Origin: Alphaproteobacteria bacterium
GTDB lineage: Bacteria > Pseudomonadota > Alphaproteobacteria > GCA-2746255
Assembly (NCBI GenBank): GCA_021296325.1
Contig: JAGWAR010000002.1
Coordinates: 65,459 to 129,458 of the forward strand
Direction: 5' to 3'
Length of the DNA: 64,000 nt
Under the pieces are notes generated by a model that was not told the DNA's origin, searched no databases, and saw only the letters and a list, made by a program, of their open reading frames with translations. The position numbers were made by a program, and so were the translations under genes. Positions within the stretch are counted from its first letter, which is position 1, and every line of letters starts with the position of its first letter. Below are positions 19,596-31,939 of the stretch, one piece after another.

Positions 19596-22500
19596 TTGCA
19601 GTTTCTGAAACTCAAGCTCACCGGTTTTAAATCCTTCGTCGATTCGACGGAGCTGCCGATCGAGGCCGGGCTGACCGGCATCGTCGGACCGAATGGCTGC
19701 GGCAAATCGAATCTGGTCGAGGCGCTGCGCTGGTCGATGGGCGAGACCAGCGCCAAGCAGATGCGCGGCGGCGAGATGGACGACGTGATCTTCAGCGGAA
19801 CGTCGGACCGGCCGGCCCGCAACCTTGCGGAAGTGGTGCTGCAACTCGACAACCGGGACCGCACGGCGCCGGCGCTGTTCAACGATCAGGACGATCTGGA
19901 AGTGTCGCGGCAGATTGAACGCAACGAGGGCTCGCGCTACCGGGTGAACGGCCGCGACGTGCGCGCCAAGGACGTCCAGCTTCTGTTCGCCGACGCAACG
20001 ACCGGCTCGCGATCGACTGCGCTGGTAAGCCAGGGACGGATCGGCGCCATCATCAACGCCAAGCCCGAAGAGCGGCGCGGCCTGCTGGAAGCGGCCGCCG
20101 GCATCGCCGGCCTGCACAGCCGCCGCCATGAAGCCGAGCTTCGCCTGCGCGCCGCGGAAACGAATTTGGGCCGCGTCGACGACGTCATCGAGACGCTGGA
20201 GACCCAGCTGAAGGGGTTGAAGCGCCAGTCCCGCCAGGCCTCCCGTTACCGCCGGTTGAGCGAACGCATCCGCGAGGTGGAGGCTTTGCTTCTGCATCTG
20301 AAATGGATCGCCGCCTGCACCGCCGTCGAAAACGCTGAACAGCGTCTTCATCACGGGGAAAGCGACGTTTCGGAACGCACCCAGCATTCGGCCGCCGCCG
20401 CGGCCGCCCAGGCCGAAGTAGCAGCGACCCTGCCGGACCTGCGCAAGGCGGAAGCCGAGGCCGCCGCCGAATTGCAGCGTCTGCTGCTGGCCCGCGACGG
20501 GCTGGACGCCGAGGAAGCGCGCATCCAGTCCGCCCAGCGGGAATGCGCCGAGCGGATCGCCCAGATCGAAAGCGACCTAGTGCGCGAACAGGCGCTGACC
20601 CGCGACGCGGCGGAAGCCATCGGACGCCTGGAAGAAGAACGCAAAAACCTGATCGCTTCCCGCGAGGGCGAAGCCGAAGCCCAGGCCGAAGCCACCGAAC
20701 GGCTGACCGCAGCCAGCGCCGAGGTTGATACCCTGGAAACCGAATTGACCCGTCTTACCGAGCGGGTGGCCGCCGACGAGGCGCGCAAGGCGAAGCTCAC
20801 GGAAGAAATCCGCGACCTTGAAGCAAGGCGCACCCGCCTCAACGAACATGCGAGCGAGATCAACGAGCGGCGCAGCCGGCTGCAATCGGAAGGGGTGGAG
20901 CCGGCCACCCGTGAAGAGATCGAACGCGCCACCGCCACCGCGATGGCTGCCGCCGCCGAGGCCCGCGAGACGGCCGAACGGATGGAGCAAAACCGCCAGC
21001 TTGCCAACGACAAGGCCAGCGAGGCGCGCAGCGCCCTTCACGAAGCGGAAGCCGTGCTGACCCGGCTGCGCGCCGAGGAGGCGGCGTTGGCCGAACTGCT
21101 TGAGAACGCAGAGACCGGCAACTGGGCGCCGCTGGCCGATTCGGTTTCCGTAAGTCCCGGTTACGAAGCCGCCCTCGGCGTGGCGCTGGGCGACGATCTG
21201 AACGCCGCCACCGATGCGGAAGCACCCATCCACTGGCGGGCGGGCCCAAGGACGGACGCGGCGGCGCTGCCCGAAGGGGCGACGCCGCTTGGCGATTACG
21301 TGAAGGCGCCGGAGGTGCTACGCCTGCGGCTTTCGCAGATCGGCGTCGTTCCGGACGCCGCCACCGGCGCGCGCCTGGCCGCGTCCCTGCGTCAGGGCCA
21401 GCGGCTGGTGAGCAAGGCGGGCGATCTCTGGCGGTGGGACGGTTTTGCCATCCGCGCCGGCACCGCGACGGCAGCGGCGACGAGGCTGAAACAGCGCAAC
21501 CGGATGGAAGTGCTGCGCGCTGAACTGGGGCGGGCCGAAAGCGCCTTGACCGAACGCGCGGAAGCGGATGAAAGGGCCCGTGATGCGGCCGAGAAGGCGG
21601 CCCAGGCGGAGCGCGCCTCGCGCCAGGCGCTGACGGAAGCCGAAACGGCCCTCGCCCAGGCCCGCGAAGCCCAGACGGCACTGGCCCGCAAGAGCGCCGA
21701 GACCGATTCCCAGCTGCACGCCCTTGAAGAAGGCGGCGAGCGCCTTGGCCATGACCGCGAGGAGACGGAAACCCGGCTGCGGGCGGCAACGGAGGCGTTT
21801 GGCCAGCTCGGCAATCTTGAAGCGGCGCGGAACCTGGTCGAGGAAAAACGCCAGGCCCTTTCGAAGCGACGCATCGTCATGTTCGAGTGCCAAGCCACCC
21901 ATGACCGCCTGCGCCAGGAAGGGGCGGCGCGCACGTCGCGGCTGCATGCGATCGAGGCCGAGGCCATTTCCTGGCAGAAACAGGCGGAAGGTGCCGAGCG
22001 CCAGCAGGGCCTGCTGAAGGAAAGGCGCCAAGCCGCCGATACCGAACAGCAGCGCCTTTCGACCCTGCCCGAGGAAATCGCCGCCAAGCGCGGCGAGCTG
22101 GTGACCCGCATCGAGGCCTCCGAGAAGGTTCGTCAGGCGGCGGCCGACCGGCTGGCGGAAGGGGAAAGCCGGCTCAGCGAAACCGACAAGGCCCTGAAGG
22201 CGGCGGAGGCGGAGCTGGCGGAAGGCCGGGAAAACCGCATCCGGCTCGAGGCCGAGGTCACCCAGGCCGTGCAGGCCCGCGAGGTGCTGATCGAACGCAT
22301 CCACGAACGCCTCGAATGCACGCCGGAAGAGACGGCCGAGGTGGCGGGCCTCAAGGAGGGCGTCGCGCCGCCCGATCAGGAGGAGATTGAAGTCAAGCTC
22401 GACCGCTACATGCGCGAGCGCGAGCGCATGGGCCCGGTCAATCTGCGGGCGGAGGCGGAGGCGGAGGAGCTTCAGGAACGGATCGATTCGATGACGGCGG

Positions 22501-23054
22501 ACCGCGAAGATTTGGTGGCGGCGATCGCCCGCCTTCGCAAGGGCATCGCCGAGCTGAACCGGGAGGGAGAGGAACGCCTGATGGCGGCCTTCACCCAGGT
22601 CGACACCCATTTCCGCGAATTGTTCGTGCGGCTGTTCGGCGGCGGCAAGGCCCATCTGAAACTGACCGAATCGGAGGACCCCCTCGAGGCGGGCCTCGAG
22701 ATCATGGCCAGCCCCCCCGGCAAGCGGTTGCAGGTCATGTCGCTGCTGTCCGGCGGCGAGCAGGCATTGACGGCGATTGCCCTTCTGTTTGCCGTGTTTC
22801 TTACGAATCCGGCCCCGATCTGCGTCCTCGACGAGGTCGATGCGCCCCTGGATGACGCCAATGTGGACCGCTTCTGCACCCTGGTCGAGCAACTCGCCCA
22901 CAATTCCAAGACGCGCTTCCTGGTCATCACCCACCACCGGATGACCATGGCCCGGATGGATCGCCTGTTCGGCGTGACGATGGGAGAGCGGGGCGTTTCG
23001 CAATTGGTTTCCGTCGATCTTCAGGGCGCCGAACGGATGCGCGCCACCGCCTGA
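19596..23054 (+). CDS. smc: Chromosome segregation protein SMC
   Basis: GFKSF, GPNGCGKSN Walker A, long coiled coils with hinge, LSGGEQAL signature, LDEVDAPLD Walker B. TTG start. Confidence 0.96.
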   Translation: MQFLKLKLTGFKSFVDSTELPIEAGLTGIVGPNGCGKSNLVEALRWSMGETSAKQMRGGEMDDVIFSGTSDRPARNLAEVVLQLDNRDRTAPALFNDQDDLEVSRQIERNEGSRYRVNGRDVRAKDVQLLFADATTGSRSTALVSQGRIGAIINAKPEERRGLLEAAAGIAGLHSRRHEAELRLRAAETNLGRVDDVIETLETQLKGLKRQSRQASRYRRLSERIREVEALLLHLKWIAACTAVENAEQRLHHGESDVSERTQHSAAAAAAQAEVAATLPDLRKAEAEAAAELQRLLLARDGLDAEEARIQSAQRECAERIAQIESDLVREQALTRDAAEAIGRLEEERKNLIASREGEAEAQAEATERLTAASAEVDTLETELTRLTERVAADEARKAKLTEEIRDLEARRTRLNEHASEINERRSRLQSEGVEPATREEIERATATAMAAAAEARETAERMEQNRQLANDKASEARSALHEAEAVLTRLRAEEAALAELLENAETGNWAPLADSVSVSPGYEAALGVALGDDLNAATDAEAPIHWRAGPRTDAAALPEGATPLGDYVKAPEVLRLRLSQIGVVPDAATGARLAASLRQGQRLVSKAGDLWRWDGFAIRAGTATAAATRLKQRNRMEVLRAELGRAESALTERAEADERARDAAEKAAQAERASRQALTEAETALAQAREAQTALARKSAETDSQLHALEEGGERLGHDREETETRLRAATEAFGQLGNLEAARNLVEEKRQALSKRRIVMFECQATHDRLRQEGAARTSRLHAIEAEAISWQKQAEGAERQQGLLKERRQAADTEQQRLSTLPEEIAAKRGELVTRIEASEKVRQAAADRLAEGESRLSETDKALKAAEAELAEGRENRIRLEAEVTQAVQAREVLIERIHERLECTPEETAEVAGLKEGVAPPDQEEIEVKLDRYMRERERMGPVNLRAEAEAEELQERIDSMTADREDLVAAIARLRKGIAELNREGEERLMAAFTQVDTHFRELFVRLFGGGKAHLKLTESEDPLEAGLEIMASPPGKRLQVMSLLSGGEQALTAIALLFAVFLTNPAPICVLDEVDAPLDDANVDRFCTLVEQLAHNSKTRFLVITHHRMTMARMDRLFGVTMGERGVSQLVSVDLQGAERMRATA

Positions 23055-23129
23055 AAGGGTCCCGCCGCATCTTCGTAACCCTATGAAGGAAATATGTTTT
23101 TTTGGCCTTGCGCCAGACTGCGCCCATGC

Positions 23130-23158
23130 TTGACAGTCCGAAACCCCGCACCTATCTT
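23130..23158 (+). promoter_or_regulatory. sigma70 promoter of the F0 atp operon
   Basis: TTGACA, 17-bp spacer, TATCTT. Confidence 0.65.
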
Positions 23159-23181
23159 GCCCCGAACTTCGCGCGAGTGCC

Positions 23182-23535
23182 TTGCAGCAACGCAAGCGCA
23201 ACGTGCCGATGGTAGAAGACGAACGGCCACCTTCGCTCGACGATCTGGAAAACCGGATCCAGAAGGCCCGCGCGGCGCATTCCGCGGCCGGAGCCCCATC
23301 GCCCCGGCCTTCGCCCGTAGGTCAGGCATTGCGTCTTGCCGTCGAAATGGCATCGGCCCTGTTTGTCGGCGCAGGCTTGGGCTGGCTGCTGGACAAATGG
23401 CTTGGCACCGGGCCGTGGTTTTTGTTGGTGTGCCTGCTCCTCGGAGGTGTCGGGGGCATGTTAAACGTGTACCGGACCGGAAAACGCCTGGGGGCTCCGT
23501 CCGAAGAAGAGCGAACCGGCCGGGACGGCGAGTAG
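23182..23535 (+). CDS. atpI: AtpZ/AtpI-family ATP synthase protein I
   Basis: VGAGLGWLLDKWLGTGPWFL two-TM motif; first gene of the F0 operon. Start uncertain. Confidence 0.85.
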   Translation: MQQRKRNVPMVEDERPPSLDDLENRIQKARAAHSAAGAPSPRPSPVGQALRLAVEMASALFVGAGLGWLLDKWLGTGPWFLLVCLLLGGVGGMLNVYRTGKRLGAPSEEERTGRDGE

Positions 23536-23565
23536 GCGCCCCGGCAAGAGGCGAGAGGAAGAAGA

Positions 23566-24578
<1,013 letters not shown>

Positions 24579-24625
24579 GCCCAACAGCCGGGCCTGAAAC
24601 GCACCGGCCAGCAAGGAGACCCCGC

Positions 24626-25117
24626 ATGCCACAGATGGTCATTCCGGATTACGCGCCGCAGGTCGTATGGCTCGTAATTACCTTCGTGGCGCTTTACTTC
24701 GCCATGGCCAAGTTCGCCCTGCCGAAGATCGCGCACGTGCTTGAAGAGCGCCGCAAGCGGATCGACGCCAATCTCGAACGGGCGGGCGCGCTGAAGGCGG
24801 AGGCGGAAGCGGCAGGGCGGGCCTATGAAGAAACCCTCGCCAAGGCCCGCGACGCGGCGCACGAGGCCCTGCGGCAAGCCACCCAGGAATTGTCCCAGGA
24901 GGCCACCAAGCGGACGGCGGCCTTCGACCAGTCGCTTGGCGAAAGGACGAAGGCAGCCGAGACCCGCATCCAGGAAGCGCGGGAAAAGGCCTATGGGGAG
25001 ATCCGGGAAATCGCCATCGAGGTGGCGGAGGCGGCAACCGCAAAACTGATCGGCGGGACGGTACCGAAAGAACGGATCGTCCAGGCCATTGATTCGACTC
25101 GGGAGAAAAAAACGTAA
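24626..25117 (+). CDS. F0 ATP synthase subunit b'
   Basis: MPQ..YAPQVVWL-ITF-ALY, LPKI, followed by coiled coil. Confidence 0.9.
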   Translation: MPQMVIPDYAPQVVWLVITFVALYFAMAKFALPKIAHVLEERRKRIDANLERAGALKAEAEAAGRAYEETLAKARDAAHEALRQATQELSQEATKRTAAFDQSLGERTKAAETRIQEAREKAYGEIREIAIEVAEAATAKLIGGTVPKERIVQAIDSTREKKT

Positions 25118-25599
25118 TGTTCGAATCGCTCGTCTTCTGGGAAATCCTTGCCTTTACAATTTTCGTGGCGGCCGTCTTCAAGCCAATCCGGAACAAGGTT
25201 CTGGAGATGCTGGACAAGCGCATCCACACCATCCGCACCGAGATCGAGGAGGCGGAACGCCTGCGTGAGGAAGCCCAATCGACCCTGGCCAGTTTTCAGC
25301 GCAAGCAACGCGACGCCGCCAAGGAGGCCGAGGAAATCCTAGCCCACGCCAAGGAAGAGGCGGGCCGCCTTTACGAGGCAGGCCTCAAGGAACTGGAAGC
25401 GGCGTTCGAACGGCGGAAGCACATGGCCGAGGAAAGCATCGCCCAGGCGGAGCGGGAGGCGACCCGCGAGATTCGCGGCCATGCCGTCGAACTTGCCATG
25501 GCGGCAACCGCCGAGGCGCTGGCCGAGAGCGTGGACGCGACAAAGGCCGACGCGCTGATCGACGACGCGATCACGACGCTGCCCAAGAAGCTTCACTAG
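25117..25599 (+). CDS. atpF: F0 ATP synthase subunit b
   Basis: N-terminal FW-TM segment, LDKRI..IR.EIEEAERLREEA. Confidence 0.9.
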   Translation: MFESLVFWEILAFTIFVAAVFKPIRNKVLEMLDKRIHTIRTEIEEAERLREEAQSTLASFQRKQRDAAKEAEEILAHAKEEAGRLYEAGLKELEAAFERRKHMAEESIAQAEREATREIRGHAVELAMAATAEALAESVDATKADALIDDAITTLPKKLH

Positions 25600-25613
25600 A
25601 AAATCTGTAAGCC

Positions 25614-27110
25614 TCACGCCTCCGGGCGGAAGCGAAGGACGGGACGGCGCGCGGCCTGGGTCTCGTCCAGGCGGCGGCGCGGTGCCAGGCGTGGCGCTTC
25701 CTGGAAATAGGCCGTCTCGCCCGATTTGAGGCGGGCCATCAACGCCTTCACGGTCTGGATGAACTGGTCGAGCCCTTCCCTGCTTTCGCATTCGGTGGGC
25801 TCCATCAACAACGCGCCGTGAACGACCAGCGGAAAATAGATCGTCATCGGATGGAAGCCCTCGTCGATCAGGGCCTTTGCGAAGTCGAGCGTCGTAATGC
25901 CGTGGGCCCGCAGGGTCGCATCGTCGAACAGCGCCTCGTGCATGCAGGGCCCCGGATAGGGGGCGGAGAGTTCGTCCTTTAACGCGGCAAGCAGGTAGTT
26001 CGCGTTGAGAACGGCATCGTCGGCCACCTGGCGGAGCCCGTCGCCGCCGTGACTGAGCATGTAGGTAAGCGCGCGCACGAACATGCCCATCTGGCCGTGA
26101 AACCCCTTGAGCCGGCCGAACGGCTTCGCATCCTTCGGCGCGTCTTGGCCGTTCTCGGCAAGGCGCAGGCCCTTTTCGTCATGGACGAGAAAGGGATAAG
26201 GCGCGAAAGGCGCCAGCGCCTTGGAAAGCACCACCGGGCCCGAGCCGGGCCCGCCGCCGCCATGGGGGGTCGAGAAGGTCTTGTGCAGGTTGATGTGCAT
26301 GCAATCGACGCCGAGATCGACCGGCCGCACCCGGCCGACGATGGCGTTGAAATTGGCCCCGTCCGCATAAAGGAAGCCGCCGGCGTCGTGGATGGCGTTG
26401 GCTACTTCGAGGATGTCGTTCTCGAACAGCCCGCAGGTGTTGGGGTTCGTCAGCATGACGGCGGCCACGTCCGGGCCGAGCTTCGCCCGGAAGGCGTCGA
26501 GGTCCATGCGCCCCCGCGCGTTCCCCGGCACCGGGTCGACCTGATAGCCGAGGGAAGCCGCCGTCGCCGGGTTCGTGCCATGAGCCGATTCGGGCACCAG
26601 CACGCGGGAGCGCGCATCGCCCCGTTCCGTGAGCGCAGCGCGGATCGCCATCATGCCGCAGAGCTCGCCCTGGGCGCCGGCGGCCGGCGACATGGCGACG
26701 CCGTGCAAGCCGGTCAGGGTTTTCAGCCACGCCGCCACCTGGTCGATCACCTCAAGCGCGCCCTGCACCGTCGAGAAGGGCTGCAGCGGGTGCAGGCTCG
26801 CAAAGCCCGGCAGGCGAGCCATCTTTTCGTTGAGCCTTGGGTTGTGCTTCATCGTACAGGAGCCGAGCGGGTAGAAGCCGGTGTCGATCCCGTAATTCTT
26901 CTGGCTAAGGCGCGTGAAGTGGCGAATGACCTGGGGTTCGGACAGGCCGGGAAGGCCCACGTCGCCTTTCCGCTGAAGCCCGCCGAGGCGGTTCTTCGCG
27001 CCCTTCGCTTCCGGCAGGTCGACGCCGGTCCGCCCCCTGGCGCCTTGCTCGAAAAGCAGGGGTTCTTCGAAATCGAGGCCACGATGGCCGGACGTCGTCA
27101 CCTCTTTCAC
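25614..27110 (-). CDS. gcvPB: Glycine dehydrogenase subunit 2
   Basis: [43 protein letters not shown] lysine. GTG overlaps the gcvPA stop. Confidence 0.95.
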   Translation of the reverse strand: MKEVTTSGHRGLDFEEPLLFEQGARGRTGVDLPEAKGAKNRLGGLQRKGDVGLPGLSEPQVIRHFTRLSQKNYGIDTGFYPLGSCTMKHNPRLNEKMARLPGFASLHPLQPFSTVQGALEVIDQVAAWLKTLTGLHGVAMSPAAGAQGELCGMMAIRAALTERGDARSRVLVPESAHGTNPATAASLGYQVDPVPGNARGRMDLDAFRAKLGPDVAAVMLTNPNTCGLFENDILEVANAIHDAGGFLYADGANFNAIVGRVRPVDLGVDCMHINLHKTFSTPHGGGGPGSGPVVLSKALAPFAPYPFLVHDEKGLRLAENGQDAPKDAKPFGRLKGFHGQMGMFVRALTYMLSHGGDGLRQVADDAVLNANYLLAALKDELSAPYPGPCMHEALFDDATLRAHGITTLDFAKALIDEGFHPMTIYFPLVVHGALLMEPTECESREGLDQFIQTVKALMARLKSGETAYFQEAPRLAPRRRLDETQAARRPVLRFRPEA

Positions 27111-28447
27111 GGCAGGACCTCCTTGAGCCCATCGCAAAGGGCCTTCATGTCCTTTTCTTCCGCAAGTTCCGTCACGGCGACAAGGAGGTGGTTTTCGAGC
27201 GCCTTTTCGTCCGGGTAAAGGCGGGACAGGGGAACGCCGGCGAGGATGCGCCGTTCGGCCAGGCGTTCGACGACGCCGGCGGCGGGGGCGGGAAGCGCGA
27301 CGGTAAACTCGTTGAAGAAATTTTCCGTCACGAGTTCGACGCCTGGAAGTTCGGCCAAGCTTTCGGCCAGGGCGACCGCCTTTTCATGGTTGATCAGGGC
27401 GAGACGACACAGGCCTTCCTCGCCCAGAAGCGCCACGTGCACCGCAAAGGCAAGCGCGCAGAGGCCGGAATTCGTGCAGATGTTGCTGGTCGCCTTTTCG
27501 CGGCGGATATGCTGTTCGCGGGTGGAAAGGGTGAGTACCCAGCCCCGCCTGCCATCGACATCCACGGTCTGGCCGCAGAGCCTGCCCGGCATTTGGCGGA
27601 CAAATTTCTCACGACACGCAAGCAGGCCCACCGTCGGCCCCCCGAAATTGAGCGCGTTGCCGAAGGACTGGCCCTCGGCGGCGACGATATCGGCGCCCAT
27701 GCCACCCGGGCTTTCGACGGCGCCCAGGGAAAGGGCCTCCGTGACGACGGCGATGAGCAGCGCGCCGGCCGCCTGGCAGGCGCCGGCGATCTCGGTCAAG
27801 TCTTTGAGATTTCCGAAAAAATCCGGGTTCTGGACGACGACGCAGGCGGTCTTCGGCGTGATCTTCGCGGCAAGCGTTTCGTCGCCCGCCACCTCCGGCG
27901 GCAGGCTTTCCAGCTCGCCCCCGATGGCGAGCGTCCCCGCCACATCCCGGTAGTGAGGATGAAGGCCGCCCGAGATCACGACATGGTCGCGGCGGGTGAT
28001 GCGCCTTGCCATCAAAATTGCCTCGGCCGTAGCGGTGGCGCCGTCATACATGGAAGCGTTCGCCACCTCCATGCCGGTGAGCAGGACAACCTGGGTCTGG
28101 AATTCGAAAAGGGTTTGCAGCGTGCCCTGGGAAATTTCCGGCTGGTAGGGCGTGTAGGCGGTCAGGAACTCGCCCCGTTGGATCAGGTGATCGACGGCAG
28201 CCGGGATGAAATGGCGGTAAAGGCCCGCCCCCAGAAAACTTGGCACGGAAGCCGCATCCAGGTTCCTGGCGGCGAGGGCGGTGAGGGTTCGTTCGACCTC
28301 AAGCTCGCCCTGATGGTCGGGCAGGTCGAGCGGCTTGGCAAGGCACGCCGCTTTCGGCACATCGACGAAAAGATCGTCAACGGAATGCACGCCGATCGTT
28401 TCCAGCATCTTCTGACGGTCTTCGTCCGTCAGCGGCAGGTAACGCAT
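27107..28447 (-). CDS. gcvPA: Glycine dehydrogenase subunit 1
   Basis: [43 protein letters not shown]. Confidence 0.95.
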   Translation of the reverse strand: MRYLPLTDEDRQKMLETIGVHSVDDLFVDVPKAACLAKPLDLPDHQGELEVERTLTALAARNLDAASVPSFLGAGLYRHFIPAAVDHLIQRGEFLTAYTPYQPEISQGTLQTLFEFQTQVVLLTGMEVANASMYDGATATAEAILMARRITRRDHVVISGGLHPHYRDVAGTLAIGGELESLPPEVAGDETLAAKITPKTACVVVQNPDFFGNLKDLTEIAGACQAAGALLIAVVTEALSLGAVESPGGMGADIVAAEGQSFGNALNFGGPTVGLLACREKFVRQMPGRLCGQTVDVDGRRGWVLTLSTREQHIRREKATSNICTNSGLCALAFAVHVALLGEEGLCRLALINHEKAVALAESLAELPGVELVTENFFNEFTVALPAPAAGVVERLAERRILAGVPLSRLYPDEKALENHLLVAVTELAEEKDMKALCDGLKEVLP

Positions 28448-28824
28448 CAGGCGAGTTCCTTCAAATAAGCCTGATAGGAAGCTTCATCCATCAAGGAATC
28501 GAACGCGGCGGGATCGGAAAGTTTCAATTTCAAAAACCATCCCCTGCCCATCGGGTCCGCGTTGACGAGCGCCGGCTCGTCTTGAAGGCTTGCGTTCACC
28601 TCGACGACTTCGCCGCCGAGCGGTGCGTAAACTTCGCTTGCCGCCTTCACGGATTCGACGACGGCGGCTTCCTCGCCCTGGCCCATCGCCTTGCCCGGTT
28701 CGGGCAGTTCAACGAAGACGATGTCTCCGAGCTGGGCCTGCGCATAATCCGTAATGCCGACGGTTGCGACCTCGCCGTCCAGACGGGCCCATTCGTGATC
28801 TTTCGTGTAACGCAATCCGCTCAT
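28447..28824 (-). CDS. gcvH: Glycine cleavage system H protein
   Basis: [20 protein letters not shown] lipoyl lysine. Confidence 0.95.
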   Translation of the reverse strand: MSGLRYTKDHEWARLDGEVATVGITDYAQAQLGDIVFVELPEPGKAMGQGEEAAVVESVKAASEVYAPLGGEVVEVNASLQDEPALVNADPMGRGWFLKLKLSDPAAFDSLMDEASYQAYLKELA

Positions 28825-28844
28825 CCTGCCCCCTGAGATTCCCG

Positions 28845-29954
28845 TCAGCCCTTGTAGTAGCGCGTCGCAACGAAAGGCGGCTTGACGATCCGCGCCGCGA
28901 CCGGGCGGCCCCGAAGCAGGGCCTGGACCTCCGTGCCTTCCGCCGCAAACGGCGTTTCAACATACCCCATTGCGACGGGTCCCTCCACGGTCGGGCCGAA
29001 GCCACCGCTGGTGATGGTGCCGATTTTCCGCCCGTCGGGCGCGAGGATTTCGGCGCCTTCGCGGACCGGGGCGCGGCCTTCCGGCAAGAGTCCCACCCGG
29101 CGCCGCAAAGGGCCTTCGGCAAGCTGGCGGGCGACGATTTCCGCCCCCGGATAGCCCCCTTCGGCCCGGCGGCGCTTGGACACCGTCCAGGTGAGGCCGG
29201 CCTCAACCACCGTCGTTGCCGGATCGAGATCGTGGCCGTAAAGGCAGAGTCCGGCTTCGAGCCGGAGGCTGTCCCGGGCGCCGAGACCGGCCGGGGCGAC
29301 CTCGGGCTCGGCCAAGAGGGCTTCGGCCACCGCTTCCGCCCGGTCGGGGAGCAGCGAAATCTCGAACCCGTCCTCGCCGGTGTAGCCGGAGCGCATGACG
29401 AAGGCCTCGACGCCGGCAATCGAAAGGGTGGCGGAGGAAAGATAGGGCATGCGCGCGCAATCCGCCGCGAAACGGGCCAGCACGGTGGCGGCAGCGGGCC
29501 CCTGCAGGGCGATCAGCGCGCGGTCCGGGTGATAGGCCACCCTGTCCGCGCCCAGATGCGCCCGCAAATGCGCGAGGTCGGCCACCCTTGGCCCGGCATT
29601 GATGATGACCAGCCAGTCCCCGCCCCGGTTGACGATCATCAGATCGTCGAGGATGCCGGCGGTGTCGTTGGTGAACATCGTGTAGCGCATACGCCCTTCG
29701 CCGAGATTCACCAGATCGCCCGGCACCAAACGTTCGAGGGCGCGGGCCGGATCGTCGCCGCCAATGACGACCTGGCCGAGATGGGAAACGTCGAAGAGAG
29801 ATGCCTTGCTTCGCGTGTGCCGGTGTTCGGTCAGGATGCCCGCTTCGTACTGGACGGGCAGTTCGAAGCCGGCGAAGTCGACCATCTTGCCGTTAAGTTT
29901 GCGATGCAGATCGTAAAGGGGGGTTCGCAGCAAATCCGCCGTCTTTACCGTCAC
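28845..29954 (-). CDS. gcvT: Glycine cleavage system aminomethyltransferase T
   Basis: [36 protein letters not shown]. Confidence 0.95.
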   Translation of the reverse strand: MTVKTADLLRTPLYDLHRKLNGKMVDFAGFELPVQYEAGILTEHRHTRSKASLFDVSHLGQVVIGGDDPARALERLVPGDLVNLGEGRMRYTMFTNDTAGILDDLMIVNRGGDWLVIINAGPRVADLAHLRAHLGADRVAYHPDRALIALQGPAAATVLARFAADCARMPYLSSATLSIAGVEAFVMRSGYTGEDGFEISLLPDRAEAVAEALLAEPEVAPAGLGARDSLRLEAGLCLYGHDLDPATTVVEAGLTWTVSKRRRAEGGYPGAEIVARQLAEGPLRRRVGLLPEGRAPVREGAEILAPDGRKIGTITSGGFGPTVEGPVAMGYVETPFAAEGTEVQALLRGRPVAARIVKPPFVATRYYKG

Positions 29955-29969
29955 GCTTTTGTCTCCGGC

Positions 29970-30530
29970 CTATCGGCGGCCATACCACCGGCGGTTATAG
30001 TCAAGTTCGGCGTGATTGAGTTGGAAGCCCACGAAAACGGAATAGTCGCCACCGTTCTTGCCGGGCTCCAGGGGAATGCGCTGTTTCAGCTGTTCCTTCC
30101 AGGCCGTCGCGCTGGCTCCCGGCGGAATTGTCGGCGTCGTTTCGAGGTTTTCCTTCGAGAGCACATTGCGGTAGCGATCCGTTACCCCGACGAAATAGTC
30201 GATCCTTGGCTTTTCCCCCTGGGAGGCCGGGCCATGGGCCACGACGAATTCAAGCTCGAGATCGACGACGATAACCTCCTCGGACCAGGAGCAACTGCTT
30301 TCAACCTTGCGGATCTCGCTTTCGTAGAGCACGTCCGTGAGGTCGCCCTTGGAATGTTCCTGAAAGCGGGTGAGGCGGCTGGCTTCGGTCAGGATGCCGG
30401 CATCCGGGCAGGTGGGGACGACGGATTCCGAAACGCTGGTTACGGTTTCCCGGATGCTGCCGCAGCCGGCCACGAGCAAGGTCAGAAAAACGGCAAAAAA
30501 TCCGCCCCGGCGGGATCGGAGCACGGTCAC
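29970..30530 (-). CDS. Conserved hypothetical lipoprotein
   Basis: Lipobox LVAGC, CP and C pair, YFV and VFVGF motifs typical of an alphaproteobacterial lipoprotein family. Confidence 0.7.
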   Translation of the reverse strand: MTVLRSRRGGFFAVFLTLLVAGCGSIRETVTSVSESVVPTCPDAGILTEASRLTRFQEHSKGDLTDVLYESEIRKVESSCSWSEEVIVVDLELEFVVAHGPASQGEKPRIDYFVGVTDRYRNVLSKENLETTPTIPPGASATAWKEQLKQRIPLEPGKNGGDYSVFVGFQLNHAELDYNRRWYGRR

Positions 30531-30545
30531 GATGGCGTTCTCCGG

Positions 30546-30797
30546 TTAATGGGCGTTACACCAGGGCTGGCTGTGATCGCAGAAGGGAGGGTCGCCGGTT
30601 GCCTTGCAACCGCAAAGCGCGGCGGCGTCCTCGGCCTCCTCGGGCGTGAACATGAGCGGGTCCATCCCGGCTTCCGTGTGCGATCCGTCGCAGAACGGCT
30701 GCTTGCGGCTGCGCCCGCAGGCGCACCAGAAATAGGTCCGGCCGCCTTCCAGATCGACGTGGTAAGGGCCTTCCTTTGCCCGGACGGGTTCTGCCAT
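30546..30797 (-). CDS. CDGSH iron-sulfur domain protein (two-motif, MiNT-like)
   Basis: WCACGRSRKQPFCDGSH plus a second LCGCKATGDPPFCDHSQ motif. Confidence 0.88.
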   Translation of the reverse strand: MAEPVRAKEGPYHVDLEGGRTYFWCACGRSRKQPFCDGSHTEAGMDPLMFTPEEAEDAAALCGCKATGDPPFCDHSQPWCNAH

Positions 30798-30966
30798 GAC
30801 GCTTCCTCAGGCGCGGACCTTGTGCCCGCTTTCCAGCCTCGACTGTAGAGGAGCGGCCCTCGTTGCTCAAGGGGTGGAAGAACGGCTAAGGTGGGCTTGA
30901 CGCCGATCGACCCGAGCACCCGTCTTTTCCGGCGCCGCTTGTTCCGATCAACCTGTCCTCGCTTGC

Positions 30967-31929
30967 ATGGCTGTCTACACCGAAGTCTCCGACGAAGATC
31001 TCAAAACGTTCGTCGCCGAATACGACTTGGGCGGGGTCGTTGCCTTCAAGGGCATCGCCGAGGGCGTCGAAAACTCGAACTACCTTCTGAACATGGAAGC
31101 GGCGACGTATATCCTGACGCTTTACGAAAAGCGCGTCGCGCGCGAAGACCTGCCGTTCTTTCTGGCCCTGATGGAACACCTGGCCGGGCAAGGCGTGCCC
31201 TGCCCCCGGCCCATCCACGGCAAGGATGGAAAGGTCATGCGCAACCTGTGCGGCAAGCCCGCCGCCATCATCAGCTTCCTACAGGGCATGTGGCCGCGGC
31301 GCGTCCTGCCGGACCATTGCCGGCTTCTGGGCCAGGCCATCGCCGCCATGCATCTGGCCGGTGAAAGTTTCGCCCAGTCGCGCCCCAACGCGCTTGGCCT
31401 GGAAGGTTGGGAAAGGCTGTTCCAGGCGTGCGCAGAGAAGGCGGACGAGGTGCGGCCAGGCCTTGCCGCAGAAATCCGCGGGGAACTCGACTCGTTGGCC
31501 AAGGATTGGCCCAAAAATCTGCCCAAGGGAATCATTCACGCCGATCTTTTTCCGGACAACGTCTTTTTCCTCGGCAACGAGCTTTCCGGGCTCATCGACT
31601 TCTATTTCGCCTGCAACGACTTCTTCGCCTACGAGTTGGCGATTTGCCTGAACGCCTGGTGCTTCGAAACGGATGGCGGCTTCAACATCACGAATGCCGG
31701 CCATTTGATCGCGGCCTACCGCGCCGTCAGGCCGCTGCAGGAGGAAGAGATCGCGGCTCTGCCCGCCCTTGCCCGGGGCGCCGCCATGCGGTTCCTGCTG
31801 ACCCGGCTTTACGACTGGCTCAACCAGGCCGACGGCGCACTGGTCCGGCCCAAGAACCCGCTTGAATTCCTCCAGCGGCTGCGCTTCCACAAGGGCATCG
31901 AAAGCCCGACGGCCTACGGAATCGTCTGA
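30967..31929 (+). CDS. thrB: Homoserine kinase, type II
   Basis: [41 protein letters not shown]. Confidence 0.95.
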   Translation: MAVYTEVSDEDLKTFVAEYDLGGVVAFKGIAEGVENSNYLLNMEAATYILTLYEKRVAREDLPFFLALMEHLAGQGVPCPRPIHGKDGKVMRNLCGKPAAIISFLQGMWPRRVLPDHCRLLGQAIAAMHLAGESFAQSRPNALGLEGWERLFQACAEKADEVRPGLAAEIRGELDSLAKDWPKNLPKGIIHADLFPDNVFFLGNELSGLIDFYFACNDFFAYELAICLNAWCFETDGGFNITNAGHLIAAYRAVRPLQEEEIAALPALARGAAMRFLLTRLYDWLNQADGALVRPKNPLEFLQRLRFHKGIESPTAYGIV

Positions 31930-31939
31930 GGATGCGGCG

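Noticed and set aside
19596..23054. SMC as a Wadjet/Lamassu-type defence ATPase
   Set aside because: Canonical housekeeping SMC in the mutY-DUF721-dsbA-smc-atp context, with no defence partner genes.
30798..30966. Possible ispH remnant upstream of thrB, where many alphaproteobacteria have ispH
   Set aside because: No recognisable IspH residues in the frames I checked; treated as a divergent promoter region.
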